DNA of 64,000 nucleotides from Tubulanus polymorphus (Eukaryota > Animalia > Nemertea). Numbering within the stretch: the stretch's first letter is position 1; every line of letters begins with the position of its first letter. The DNA lies in assembly GCF_964204645.1 (NCBI RefSeq), contig NC_134036.1:10271859-10335858 (forward strand), in the 5' to 3' direction. Under the pieces are notes generated by a model, which did not search any database, was not told where the DNA came from, and saw only the letters and a list, made by a program, of their open reading frames with translations. Both the position numbers and the translations under genes were made by a program. Shown in pieces: positions 49,324-63,000 of the stretch.

Positions 49324-49619
49324 CGATTCCTGGGTCCAGTTCCACAGTTCTGAGTTAAGATTTAACTCTGAGTTAACTCATTGAAAATGAACTAACTTTA
49401 ACTCAGAGTTAACACTAACTCACAACTGTGGAACTGGGCCCTGAACTTCGCTGAAAAAGCTGAATCACTGAAACGCTGAAACGACCGTTAAATTTCAGCG
49501 TTTTTCGGGAATTCCCTGAAACTTCGGCGTTTTTCGGAAATTCCCCGAAATTTCAGCGTTTTGATTTCAGCGTTTCAGCTTTTGAGTGTTTCAGCTTTTT
49601 CAGCGAAGTTCAGGAACCG
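49324..49619. mobile_element. Foldback MITE with a 9-bp TSD (Mutator-type)
   Basis: TIR CG(G/A)TTCCTGAACTTCGCTGAAAAAGCTGA; flanks CTGATTCCT and CCGATTCCT; a second partial copy lies at 62041. Confidence 0.8.
49333..49440. mobile_element. 108-bp Harbinger-type MITE with CTG TSD, inserted in the TIR of the previous MITE
   Basis: TIR GG(T/C)CCAGTTCCACAGTT; CTG at 49330-49332 and 49441-49443; the copy at 62041 shows the empty site. Confidence 0.88.
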
Positions 49620-50599
49620 CCGATTCCTCTATAAATATTCTTTTAATTTCATTGGGGCCAGTGTGCATACATGTTCTAAATCGAGACGACATCCTTTATA
49701 TCAGAGCCTATATTAAAGCATGCATGAATTCGTTTAAGAGTCCGAGGCTTAATTATGAAAGTTGTTATACAATGAGTGCCTGGATTTAAGTTGTTTCTAG
49801 TGCTGACATTCGGGAACCGCAATTTTTGGGGTTTCAGGGAAAGAGTACCAAAAGGAAAACAGGGATGTGACCCCCTTGCCACTCTCTTCTAATTCACAGT
49901 GGTACAGAATTGCTTCAATAATCAAACCTCAAGAAACCTTATCGACAAATTGATATAAATACCCTCCATATACCCGTGCCTTTTAAACATCACTCAGAAT
50001 GGCAACCAAAACGAAAACTACAGCGTCAGAAAAAATTATCAGGCAGCATTCAAGACCAAAATACCATCGGGAGAAATTCTGTCAAAAGAGATGAACCAAT
50101 GGACTGAAACGATGTAGAAGGCGTACAATATACCACAAGTTATGTTAGTGACGACGATGTGGTGTTTAGCTGCAGCATTAACTGGTCCAACAACAACATT
50201 TACCTGTGGTACTCACTACATCACCACATGCGACACAGGACGGCTATAGTGGCAAGACGGCTATATAAACCAAGGTGATAGTGCACATTATCACAAGGGG
50301 TACAGTTCGTATTTGATGACTTCCTTGACTCGTATTCACAATACATCAACGAGAAGTTGTAGTGGGCTTGATTGGAAGCGCTATCTATCATTGTATCGGT
50401 ATCATTAACAATAAATTGTAAATCGTATTGAGGAGAGTACTTCCGGTTACATGGCGTGCGCGGTCGTCGCGGTTTATGATAATAAAATTGGTACGATGTC
50501 TGGTCATCGTGTGTTGTAGTTATTTGTCTGTCGCTGTCATCGGAGGACATCGGTCACACTGACGGAACCCTACAACCTTGACATTAATGACACAAAAAT

Positions 50600-51069
50600 A
50601 GTTAACCTAATCTCTAACTTTAGATGCGGCAGTCACGATCTTAGCATTGGAACAGGTAGATGGACCAGGCCCTTAACGCCGAGAGATAACCGCACTTGTA
50701 CAACTTGCTTCACTGACGAAATTGAGGACGAATATCACGTTCTCATGTCCTGCCCCTCATACAACTCGCTTCGAAGTAATCTCTTACCTCGTTATTTTAG
50801 AACGCATGGCATTCTAGCATGGCAAAATTTATTCAATTTCTAACTACTAATTCAATCGGAAAACTTAGATCTGTTGGAAGATGTTTGATCTCAAGGTAAT
50901 GCTTCGAGGCGACGAAACCGAGTAAAAATAGCTACCCCCATCTACTTGATATTTCTGTTTTTTTCAACTTGTAATTTTGTATTAAATTATTTTGTTAAGA
51001 TTTGTAATTTTGATTATCTGTCATACAAGTGTAGTACACACTTTGATTAAGAATAAACTACTACTACAT
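50600..51069 (+). mobile_element. 3' end of a LINE (C-terminal Cys/His domain and tail)
   Basis: FRCGSHDLSIGTGRW...CTTC...IEDEYHVLMSCPSYNSLR, then AATAAA followed by (CTA)n. Confidence 0.8.
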
Positions 51070-51542
51070 AAATCATTAATTGTTCTTTAATTGGAATATT
51101 TTCCCGTATAAATATCAGCTAATTTAACCTAATATTACAATTTACGATTTATTCAAATTGCAAGATCTTATTCATCAACACTGCGTGGACATATAATTCG
51201 CATTTCAATTCGTGTCTCAATGGTGACCTTTTCGGTTTCTCTCCCCATAATAAACTTTTGTTCCAGTTCATTTCCTCTGGTCAATGTCACCTACTTTCTC
51301 GGACAATAGTGTGTACGTATCGTTCTTACTGCCGTATAAAGTCTGACGCGCTAATAACCAGAAATTTTAGCAGATACGTGTTTAGCCCCGTAAAGGCATA
51401 CAATCCGAAGCTCTAACTTGACCGGTATAATTTTGAACGGTATTTTTCCCGTGTGAACGCTTGGTCCGGTCTAAATTGGACCGAACAAAATTTAGACCGG
51501 TATAAGTTTCGTCGTGTGAACGCGTTAGTTTAGGCCTAGAGA

Positions 51543-53030
51543 TTAAGTTAGATTATAGAACTGTAGTCTTGGCGCACGATTGTTTTCGGATATATACATA
51601 CAACGGTTATTAATTAAAACAAGCGTTTTAAGTAATTGTTCGACATCAGTGCTAACAAGATCCTGTGAATATAAACGATTAATAACGCAATAAAGAGAAA
51701 TAACGGCTTCTCTATAGTCACATCCACGATAAACATTTTTGCCCGAAAATAATGCATTGTACGCGGCACAATATAATTTCATAGCATTCTCAGGCAAGTG
51801 AAGTTGAAGCTCGAGTAAAACATTCTTAGAATGTTCTTTACACGTATGAAGAGGTTCACAACCAAGATTTTCGTACGTATCCATATTCATAGAGGATAGT
51901 GTTTCGCGGTGATTAAAAAATAATAAATATGGCACACGCTGAATACCTGAAAGTTCGTCACGTAATAGATCGGTTAGATCGCTCTTGGTTGAGTTTTCAT
52001 CATATTGAATATTACGGTGGTCTAGAAGTGAACTAAGCGGATATATATTTAGAGTGCATATCCGTTAATCGGCCGATATATATATATATTTAGCTTTCAA
52101 TGCAGCAGGTAAAAAGTTAAATAATTTCGCATTCAATTTACAATCAACACACGGAAAATATCCACCTTTTTGATGTCCAAATTCAAACTGTTGAGCCGGT
52201 GAATGTCCATGGAAAGGGCGTATGACATCACGAACTGGAGTCCCATCGGGAAGATTGAGCGCGATCGACATTTCTTTCAAACATTCCTGTCGAGCAGTGG
52301 TAAAATCAAGCTGATCTTACTCATTCGCACGACAACGACCAAATATGTATAACATTGGATTTTCTACAAGAGCTTGCACATCAATAGATTTTCCGCTTTT
52401 AAGTAAATATTCCTCATCAGTTAGAAAAAATACAGGGTCATATATGGAAGAAACAGTATGTAATATATGTGAACGATTCGCAATCGTACTTTCATCATGC
52501 CATATTATCAGGTGGCGAATCCTGACCGAATCAACGAGGAGTTTTTTTAGGAGCAATATCCACATCACATTTCAAAAGTAACAGTTTAGAAATAATTTCA
52601 TCACGCGAAAGAAAGTCAAAATAAGCATCGGAGTCCTAGTTCCGAAAAATAAACTATTGAATCTTTCCGAAGATTAACGAGCGGAATTCACCGACCGGTC
52701 AAAGTTTAAGTCTCTTCCACAATCTCGCCTTCTTGAGAAATTGTCGTTTTTGTAAAATCCCGTTCCGCTATTTTGTCACCAACAATCAGTTCTACAGATT
52801 CCACTAGGGTATACATGTCTGATTTAATTGTTGATGAACATCGAGACACCGGAATAGAAATTTCACCACCGTTTCCACGTTTCAGTCTACGCCGAAAATG
52901 GGGGCATTGTAAAAATGCTGACGGAAATTCTTTTACAATCTCGCGCTTATTCGAACTGGAATCACTAACTGGAAAATAATCGAACTGGAAAATAATCACT
53001 TATCTCCTCTTCATATTTCTTCGAAAAAAA
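51543..53030 (-). pseudogene. Degenerate RAG1/Transib-related (CMC supergroup) transposase
   Basis: Fragments IIWHDESTI, RPFHGHSPAQQFEFGHQKGGYFPCVDC (second Asp position reads His), CEPLHTCKEH and YRGCDYR; multiple stops and frameshifts. Confidence 0.7.
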
Positions 53031-54014
53031 TAGTTTGGCATTTCTTATACAAGTCATATGCAGCTAGGTAATGATGGGCAATTAATGGATCGATTTTCAG
53101 TTCAGTCAACTCATGCAGTGAATCGAACGCTGAATCTAAACTTGAGATATTTGAAAATTGTTATACAATTTGACTCATAAAAACTTTTATTTTTGATGCA
53201 GAAATTGTTAATTTCTTAAGGTGCGGTGTTTGTTTTTTTTTCTCAAGTAGAGGTTCTCTTCATTTCATGATAGACAACGTGGCTTTTATCACTTTTATTT
53301 TTTACGTCTAGCGAAAGACATTGTCTGTGCATGAGCAGGTCTCTTGGGAACAATAAATTGGGCTTGCTGTTACCGATACAATTCAACTGCCAAGGTCAGT
53401 TATAGTTAGCAATAGTTTAGCAAAAATAATATACATGTATACTTTTAATCGCGCTGTTGTTTTAATTCAGCATTAATTAATTATTACTCACACAATGAGT
53501 TAGACATCTGTCAATTCGACACCTGTGATAACAGTTTGTTTTGTAATTAATTGTGTGCTCAAACATGTCTGTCAACTTTTGTAGTATTATATAAATAGAA
53601 TGTAAATCCATGAACAAGCAGTTGAGTTTGAGACGAGTCTTGAAGCCTGATACATCTTGCAGGCAAATTCCCAAGCAACTCGATTAAGAATCTAAAGAAT
53701 AAAATCGTCTACGTTTAGAAAAAACGTGCTGAAAACTACTAGCTTTCTCATTGTTGCATAACTCAAGATTTAATCGTAGCTGGAGCTTCCCCGAAAGACG
53801 AGTTAGAAAAATTAGTTTTGTTAAAATAGCTCTATGGCCGTTATCGATCAATTTGAACATATTTCAACATCCAAGAATCACCATGAACAGTTTACAAGCC
53901 GATCATTGATTTATTACTCGCAAATTTATTGAATATAATTGTTACACGGGATTTGACGACTTTGGTTTAGTTTTATAACCCTATAAATGCCCAAACAAGT
54001 ACAATTAAATCCCA

Positions 54015-54910
54015 TTATAGACCCTTATCACCATTTTCAAATATTGAAAGTAAAAATTTTTCTACAATAAAATTGAAGGAATTAACTGTGAAGAAAAAGC
54101 CGAGAATACAGAAACAAATTGAATGTTCTCGGCAATTAGGAAATAAATCAAGAGAATTTAAAAAAGCTAAAAAAGAAAAAATGAATAATGAAAATGGTAA
54201 TAATAACGGTGAAAATATTGTCATTCCTACTCCTTCTAATAATAGAATATTTGATAAATATTTATATTTTACATCTGGATTTGAGATTGTATTCATTTTG
54301 ATTGGATTTAGTTGGTAAAAAAAATCAAATAAAATTTGTGTTGTTAATAATTCTGAAACTACTAATGAAAATGAAAATACTTCTGAAATTCCAAAATGCA
54401 CAATAAAAAATGGATTAATATTTAAGAAAGAAGGCAAAAAATAATTTTATTTATTTAACAATATTTCTATTCTTAATCAATTAAATATCTCACTACTTTT
54501 GTCTATCTACGCGGAGCAATTGCATTGTCCAGATGAGTCGTTTAGGATTCATGATATTTAATTAATTTCATCATTTCATTATTTTATTTTTTTATTTATT
54601 CAACAATTTCTAAGTCATGATGATCTTTCTTTGCTTCCGTGATAGATTATTTTAAGGCCTTCTAAATCTTTTTATTCCTATTTACTTAATTCCTATTTTA
54701 CTTAATGAAACCCATTTATTAGGTAAAAATACCTTAAATTCTCTCATTGTACTAACGTCACAGTAACTCAAATTTTTTTCTCCGTATTTAATCTTTATCT
54801 TTTCTAATTTTAATATTTTATGTTCAATTTCTTTTGAAACATCGACTTACTTTTTTATTCCAAATTTTGCTGGTTTTATTCTGTTATTTATTATTACTAA
54901 GAATGGTTTT
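54015..54910. mobile_element. Degenerate relic of a second, related Polinton
   Basis: AT-rich. The + ORF KKPRIQKQIECSRQLGNK matches 36051-36445. Minus-strand ILKLEKIKIKYGEK...FKVFLPNKW matches 30652-30993. Confidence 0.7.
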
Positions 54911-55299
54911 TTGGTAGAACGGCGCGTTAAGGTAGTTTTAAAAAATTTAATCGGTCTGGTTTATTTTGGATTACTGTGCATGTCATTTGTCAGGACATTA
55001 AACAGAAGAAGACTTAGGATAGTACCTTGCGACTCCACTAGTTAGACTGACTTATTCCAAGATGAGGCGTTCCGTTGATTTCGGCTACAAGTTTTCGTCC
55101 TATCATTGATACCGTTTCCTAATAGCCTGTTTTGTAATGGCTGATGTTGTGCCTTTTCAAATGCTTTGTCGAAATCCACCGTTGAACAGGATTTAAAGAC
55201 TGTGCAGAAAACCCGTTATCGCTGCTTTGCAGCTATATTTAGTATAATATTTTTGACAATATATGCACTCAATGATTTAATGGTGAGCCACAGGGCCAC

Positions 55300-56141
55300 T
55301 GAACCTTTATTATTGATATACTGCCTCTTTATCAATGCCTTTTTACATTTTCGTTATAGCGAGCATTTGAAGGATTCTCATCAACAACGGACGAGGTCTG
55401 TACATTTTGTGCTTTTTTGGTGCTATAATTCTCTTCTGATCTTTTCTGATCTAATATGGGCCAAGCGCTAAAAAGTTCAAGAGCCGTTTTCCCAATTTGA
55501 TCTCTAAGGGGCGCTGTACGGGTGGCGCTTGTAAAATCTTTAAATCACTTTTCGTCCTACAATTACAATCCGATCTTGACGAAACTTGGTATATAGTCAC
55601 TACAGGCCAAGGAACAAAATGAAATAGAGCCGTTTTCCTTTAGGGGGCGCTGTACAAGTCAAACTTGTAAAATATTTAAGTCTGCTAGTCCTACAATTAT
55701 TGTCTGATGTTGACGAAACTAGGTATGTAGATACTATGGGTTAAAAAGTTAAAAAGCCGCCTTCCAAATTTTAGGGGGTCCTGTACGCGTATGGCACTTG
55801 TAAAATCTTAAAATCGCTACTCGTCCTACAATTATTATCCAATCTTGATAAAGCTTGCTATGTTGATATTTGGGTCAAGGGCTAAAATGTTATTGAGCCG
55901 TTTTCCCAATTTGACCTCTAGGGGATGATGTGCAGGTCACACTTGTAAAATCTTTCAATTGCTACTTGTCTTACAACAATTATCTGATCTTGACAAAACT
56001 TGGTATGTAGAAACTATGGGTCAAGGGCTAAAAAGTTAAAGCCGTTTTCTGGATTTGAACACTTGAGCGTGCTGTGCAAGTGGTCCTTGTAAAATCTCAT
56101 CATTAAACAGCGGAGCTGTATCTGCCGACAGGCTGCTTGTT
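55300..56141 (+). mobile_element. Non-autonomous Helentron (HINE/DINE-like) with internal ~140-bp tandem repeats
   Basis: About four AGCCGTTTT...CTTGTAAAATC...CCTACAATT...GAAACTTGGTAT units, ending in a short hairpin and CTTGTT. The 5' boundary is uncertain. Confidence 0.7.
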
Positions 56142-58674
56142 TCATTCATTTCATTTATATGTTTCTCAACCTTATTCAGATTTAGTTCTGTAAAATTTGT
56201 ACGACATCATATGTACTTCCTGAAACCTGAAACTCGCGCTCAATGTCGTAAAAATGAGTCAGGGTAAGCAAAAAGAAAAAAAAATGAAAACTGCTGGTTA
56301 TTAAGTGATGCATGAATTAAATTTGCTGTACTCGAGTATAGGCCTATGTTTGATATTTCTAGGATGAAAACTGTGACTCCAATGTGGAAGTGAAATAACT
56401 AGTTTGCGAATTAGTAAATGTTTTTTCAAGGGTAAAAAATGTTGACATCGCAAGTTGTCGAGGTACGCCTTTCACCATCTCTCATCCTCGGCAGGGATTT
56501 AAACCTGATGGCATCGCAAGACCCTGCCTGTCTGATTAGCTTTAGTGCGCGTATGTGTACTTGTGGGCCTAGCCAAACCTGCTGTACAATTGCTTAGACA
56601 AATTAGTAACCTATTGGCCTAAATTGAATAACCCGGGCGGAAGTGAAATTCTGATTTGCTTATAATGATATCATGACTTAGCTGTGCAGGAGGAATTCAT
56701 TCCAGCAGGTTCAAATCCCTGTCATCTGTTGGGGTTAGGTATACATGTATTCGATGAACCGAACCCTGAATTTTAACCCTCATATTCATCAACTTTTATG
56801 GTTTTAGGAAAAAATAATTGATTCGCAAACGGATCCTCCGTCATCGTCTTCATTGTCATTGGGAAGTACTGGATCAAGTTCGGGATATTTAGGTGACATC
56901 AGTTCCCTCTCGGAGTCGAGTTGTTCCTCTGACAACATTCCTCGATTGGCTAGGTTTGTATGTTCAGCATTAATCTGTCTAAATCTGTTGAATATGCTTG
57001 CCATCTTGTAAATTTTCCCAAATTGTCTGGAATTTGTGATTTTTTTAAAAAAGTTTAAAAGGTCCGTGGAACCCTAGTTTTCGGATGCAATCCAACATTC
57101 TGATGTTAAACGGTCAGTACAGAGCAGCCTGAATCATGTCAGCGAATGCCGCGTGTTCTACACGCCACGCTGACCAGTCGAAATCTACAGACCACATCAT
57201 CATCCGACCTATCACCGATAAGTAAGATGACCCCCTCGGCCATGGCGAGTGCTCACATGGCTGGTGAACTATTGAGTAGCGGTACCATGATCAGCGCACA
57301 ACCGTCTTCGGAAGATTCAGAGTCCTTCATCAGGCCGAAACAAATACGTAAGTAACATGAGCGAGAGGCATCCCCAGTCAAAATCTTTGGGTGGCATGTT
57401 TGAAAAAATGAAAGAAATTGCCCATTGGCGAAGTGTGGTTTACCTTGAAAGCTAGAGGTTGTTTGGAATAAGGGCATAGCTTGAAAATCTTTTTAATTCG
57501 TGAATTCAATGTTCTACAAGTTTAGATATTGCATTTTAACTTTCTTAAAGGATTATTTTGTAGTCAAATAAGACCAAAGATATACATTTTTTTACGGTCC
57601 ACATCCAACATTTGTAGGGTACAGGTAGGCGCGGCATGGAAACTATTTTATATTTTCAAAGAAACATTTTTCATAATATGAAAAAATATCCAAATAAAAA
57701 TCATATGATGTCACATATCAGAGGGTGAATGAATGTATGGCCGCGGAAGCTAAAATACCAGTGCAGTAAAAAATCGGCGTATTAGATCATTTTAAACCCT
57801 GGAATTTACCACTACAATATCCAGACCTCGACCTATACCTATAGTTTGCTGCTTAGTATTTTCAGGTCACAAGAAATTACAATTTATCACAAATTCTATC
57901 AAACAGAAAACACAGCGCTCATCTTCTGCTGATGAAATGTCAAACGCGCCAGCAAGCAGCATTACCGTATCACTATAGTAGTGTATACTGTACGCGCCTG
58001 TGTTTGTGTGTGCAACAGTCTAATTTCATACGCGAGAGCTAAGAATGTTCCGCCAAAAACGGTTTTTCGTAGAATTCTAACAATGTTGACCACGTCATCG
58101 ATGGTAGCTCGCCATACCTCAATCGCATCGATTATACGTCGTTTAAGCCGAGAACCAATGAAACAAATGCTCACATAAAAAAAAAACGTACCGCGATTTT
58201 ACATGAATTAGCTCAATGCCAACTTCATATCGCTGACAAAGTAAAGCAAAAACCCTGGGCTTTTTAGCTAGAGTTTTGATATATGGTGACAGCATTCTGT
58301 TGAAAAGTTTGTTATTTTGAACAATTGTTTGTGTATTCAGTGGAGATGCAATGGATTTTGCAAATCTGGTATTCACTGGATGGAAGATTCTTAGCATTTC
58401 AACAAATTTCATCTTGAAGCATGTTGCTTTTGCTGTCAAAATGCTGGCATGGGTTGTTGATTGATCTGTCCCTGTGATCAATACAAATTATTTCTAAAAT
58501 CTGGGGGGTCAGTGCAGCTTGTCTTGAAGGGGATTACTTACAGTCTAATTAATCAAAATATGGAGTTACATATCGTGATAGTGAAACGATTTTAAGTGTC
58601 GTTCGATCTTAGTGGTCGTTGTTTTCTTTTTGCTTCGTCGCTTTCGCTACGATATCTCTTAAGTGAACGACTTA

Positions 58675-59365
58675 TGTTATATATCTTACCTATCGGTATC
58701 TCTTGTTACCGATAACCTAATTGTAAACGATTTGCCTAGCTCCTAGAATCCGGGATATAAAAAGTGTACTTAACTTAACTCAGTAGTTTGCCTTTATCTG
58801 GTATAATATGATATATGTTTATTCCATTATCCGATATATAATTTCTTCCATGGTGTGGCTACAATCCTATAGTCGACCCGTCTGATCCAGATCCAATCCC
58901 TCGGCTAATCTCCCGTACGATCCCGATCTGATCTCTCGGTTATCCTCTCTCTACTACTCTACTATTTCTCCTCTCTTACTTGGTCTCGTTCTCCCCGAAT
59001 CTACTGAACTAACCCTTTTTATCCCCAGAATATCACCCCAAGTCTCAATCCCTTTCCATTAGTTAATTACTAAATAAACTCCCAAACATTCTATATACAA
59101 TAGTATTACTAAAATACTCTATAAATCTCTACAAGTAGAGAGATCGCCACTCAAGACCATGGTTTCAACCAATGCTTATATAATGATAAGCCTAATGGAT
59201 ACTATGAATTGGAACAATGAAGCCTAAAGATGCCAGTTTGAAGGGTCTTAATTGTCGATCTACACTAAATGTTATAAACACACAGCAGATGTTCTGCCCT
59301 AAAGTTACATGAAAAATATTTTACAAACAGCATTACTATTTAGCCAAAATAGCTAAATCGTAACA
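58675..59365 (-). mobile_element. LTR of a Gypsy-like retroelement (probable 3' LTR) with adjacent degenerate internal sequence up to ~60820
   Basis: Termini TGTTA...TAACA. On the minus strand, a TATA-like GATAAAAA (~59020) precedes AATAAA (~58820). No intact pol motif was seen. Confidence 0.55.
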
Positions 59366-60820
59366 CTCGCCTGGGCTTAATTAAGTGCCTGTCCTCAGGT
59401 ACTTCACAAAGGAAACCATCATGTCTCGCAACAAAAATAAAGAAATCATACGCACAAAATATTCAATTCAATTCAAATCCTTGAGGGATGGAAATCGAAA
59501 AAAACATTACGCACATGACAATTGCTTTGGACTATACACACGATTCCGCTAATCCTCGATACAATTAACTATATACAGTGCTTCTCTGTTGAAGGCAAAA
59601 CCAAAAATCTAGAACCTAGTCTTAAATCTGACATCCAAAATCAGAAGAGGGTAAACTCCTGCTTTTCTGTGCTGGAGTGTAGTCTCCAGAGGAAACCAAT
59701 ACATTTATCCGTCAGCAATTCCAGTAGAACTGGACGTTCCAACTCCCTACTTGACACGTGGATCATCCTGGTTCATCTCATCGTGGACTTCGATGTGGGG
59801 GCTGGTACATCTTATTCCTTGGTAATCCACGGTGGTTGGTCATCAGCTCCTGGTCTTTTGGTCAGCAGTCGCGCGCGCATGTCAAGTAGAGCCTACCATG
59901 CATCCCAGCCTAGATATAGACTTTGTTCAGGGAGGGGACGGATTGGAATAAATGTATAGGTGACCATTCTAGCCCTAACCTAAGAGGATCAGCTTTTCCA
60001 AAATTAATCAATCTTCTGTTGCGTCTATTGTAACAGTGTCCCTGAAAGCAAAAGAACAAAAGCCAATTCTCTGCGCATGGAAGTTCGACCGATACCATTA
60101 CCGAATGAATGATTTAATGAGTTTAAATCTGTACAATCGTAAAATTGTCCTACCCCGCCTGGGCTTTTATGGTTAACTATATTCTAAATTCTCGACTATT
60201 TATAAATGACCGCCCATCTTTCAACACAAAAATCCACACTTGGCTCTATCCTATACCTCATACCTCAATAAATTTCTACCTGAACTCTATTTTCAATATT
60301 TATCTCGACAATTTATATCTGACCCCCCGCCTGGGCATTTTAAATTTGACATGCCCACATGTCTTGACAGACTATTTCCCCTAGCCCCGGGTCCGAGTTC
60401 AACACGTGGTGCCGGTACGTATGACTGGGGTGCCCATAATGCTCCTTGCGCACAGGGTCACTGCCATCACACCCTCCGCTTATCACAACTTAAAATTCTA
60501 TTAAATAAACACGATTCTTTTCATGCACGACTATTTACAACGATGCCCCTGCGGATCTTATTAACTTTTAATGCGGCTCCTGTGGTATGTATGACTGGGG
60601 TGCCCATAATGCTTCTTGAGCACAGGGTCACTGCCATCACACATCCTACTAACCACAACTTTGTCACGCAACGGTGGAGGTTTCCCTCGAATGTGAGCCT
60701 TATCTCTTTTAACTCCAACCCGGTTCTGATATCTGCATTCTACTGGCCCGATATGTTTTACCCCAGGTTTAAACACACTTGTATAATGGTGCGAATGCTC
60801 CACAGAACTAATACGAGGGA

Positions 60821-60933
60821 CAAAGTACTGAGTTAAGTTAAGTATACTTTTTATATCCCGGATTCTAGGAGCTAGGCAAATCGTTTACAATTAGGTTATC
60901 GGTAACAAGAGATACCGATAGGTAAGATATATA
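60821..60933. repeat. 113-bp inverted duplicate of 58678-58790
   Basis: Reverse-complement match with two mismatches. Confidence 0.92.
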
Positions 60934-62040
60934 CGGTACAGCCTAGATAAAACTTCCCACAAAACGCGTTTAAACCGCGGTTAAAACAAGATTATTTTAC
61001 ACGCAGGTGCAACTTCGTTGCGCGCTTGTTCCAGGCGCGATTAAACGCGAGTGCGTATAAGACGCGCCTAAATCGCGTGTTAAAAGTCGCGACTATTTTG
61101 CCCTCTCGCGTTTAATCGCGATGAACAAATTATCAATTAAATTTTATTCAGTATCATCATACGTAAGTGCCACCTGCGGCAAGTGTAGTCGTCAATAATG
61201 TTCAATTCAATTCAAGGTCGTCGTTAAATCTTGTGGATCCGGAAATAAAATTTACAATCAAAGGTGGTATGATGGCAGAAATACGTAATATATGATATGA
61301 ATTCATAGTGTTGTAGGAAACATATGTTAACCCTGACTATTTGTTACAACAACGGCTAATAAAAGCGGATCTGCAGTTTTACCAGCAGGTATCTACAGGT
61401 TAGGTAACTTTCACGTGTTGATGTTTTAGGACTGTTGCTTTTTTATGACATGTTGCGTTGGTTTCCTCATGATGTCGATCGAATACTTTCACACACATCC
61501 GATTATAATATAAGCTTACCACCAAAATACCATGATACCATAACTAACTACGAAACAGGCTGCCTACACATTTATTTTTGTTTGTGATCAATACCATTTT
61601 AATATTTGATAGGGCCTCCTCGCTTGCCAGGGTTCGATGCCAACTACAACTACCCTGAAAATCAGCAATTATTTCCATTGCCTGAGCTTAGGCAATATAT
61701 TTTTGCAATAGGCCTATCCTATTTGAAAATGTGAATTCATAACCCCTATTGCCGCCCCCCCCCCCCCCGGTGTATTGTCTTAAGGCAGCTACGTAATAAA
61801 CTGGTGGGCCTCACAGGCCTCAATCAGCTCGCACTCGTAGGTGGCGTAATAGAAGGAACTGCAATGAATCAAACCCTGGCAACCATGGATGATACATAAG
61901 TGCGATAAGCCAATCAACTTCAACACAAATTAGTTTTATTCCTCATTCTTTTTTGTGGTATCATTTCTTCAATTGTTTTATCTTGGATAGTCATTCATCA
62001 TATTCTTTTACTCACTTTCAGTTTTGCAACCAGACTGTCA

Positions 62041-62169
62041 CGGTTCCTGAACTTCGCTGAAAAAGCTGAAACACTGAAAAGCTGAAACGCTGAAATAAAA
62101 ACGCTGAAATTTCAGGGAATTTCCGAAAAACGCCGAAATTTCAGGGAATTCCCGAAAAACGCTGAAATC
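62041..62169. mobile_element. Partial copy of the 49324-49619 MITE
   Basis: CGGTTCCTGAACTTCGCTGAAAAAGCTGAAAC... with GCTGAAA subrepeats. Confidence 0.8.
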
Positions 62170-62789
62170 GTGCTAGGTACCGACAATACACGTTTTGAAA
62201 TTCTTTCCGGGCCGGTGTCCGCTGCCGAGTCCTGAACCGTCTTTTAGACTCTACCTTCGGTTACAGAGACATGCCTTGAGGTCGTCGTCATGTTCGACTT
62301 GATCGATTGCGTGGATTGTTAGATGTGTTTTTTGTTTTATGCATATACCGGTACGATCTAACAATGAAATTATCACTTCATTTGAATAAATTCTTAATTA
62401 CAGTAATATTAATTCTCAATATTTTTTCTTATATTTGGTGATTTCTTCCAACTTATCATTGCCAAGTCTCATACAAAAGTAGTAGCTGAATGAAAGTACA
62501 GCTAGTAAGGCTGAACCTGATAACCCAAATTAAGTGCTATCATGGAACTTATGACTACTTTGATTCTATTTTGGTGTGAATAAAGGTTCAACCGTCATAG
62601 TATACTGTACTTAGCATTACTACGATTGGGTTCCATATTTCTACAATCTCTTCAAGGAAGGAGTCTTGGAGTGTCTTTCGTTCCCGGGTAGGCATCCTCG
62701 CTTGCCAGGAGACCAGTATCGCTCCCAAACTCGCTTCCACCTGCCCCCTGGCCTCACGACGCGCGATTTCATTACCGGCGTTTTAGCGA

Positions 62790-63000
62790 ATGACGTCATA
62801 TATCAACACGCGACAATACTTCCGTTTTCGCTACGTGTTCGCTGATTGGTCCATTTACCGGGAAATTCCATAGATGCCAAATGTCGTTTGTAACAAGCGC
62901 TGTGATTGGCCCGACCTGATTCTGGTCGGCTAGTAACGACTCGAGGTCAAGCGGTTCGGAGAACAGCTTTAGTGTAGTGGGTTCGAATCCCTTGACAGGT
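62790..63000 (+). repeat. Dispersed repeat, copy 2
   Basis: Colinear with 22973-23200. Confidence 0.75.

Noticed and set aside
56804-58520. Short ORFs and TTAAAG-bounded segments suggestive of Kolobok/Crypton non-autonomous elements
   Set aside because: Paired termini could not be established and no protein motif was recognised.
59522-60836. 145-aa and 198-aa + strand ORFs
   Set aside because: They start at TTG, have no motifs, and are antisense to the inferred retroelement orientation.
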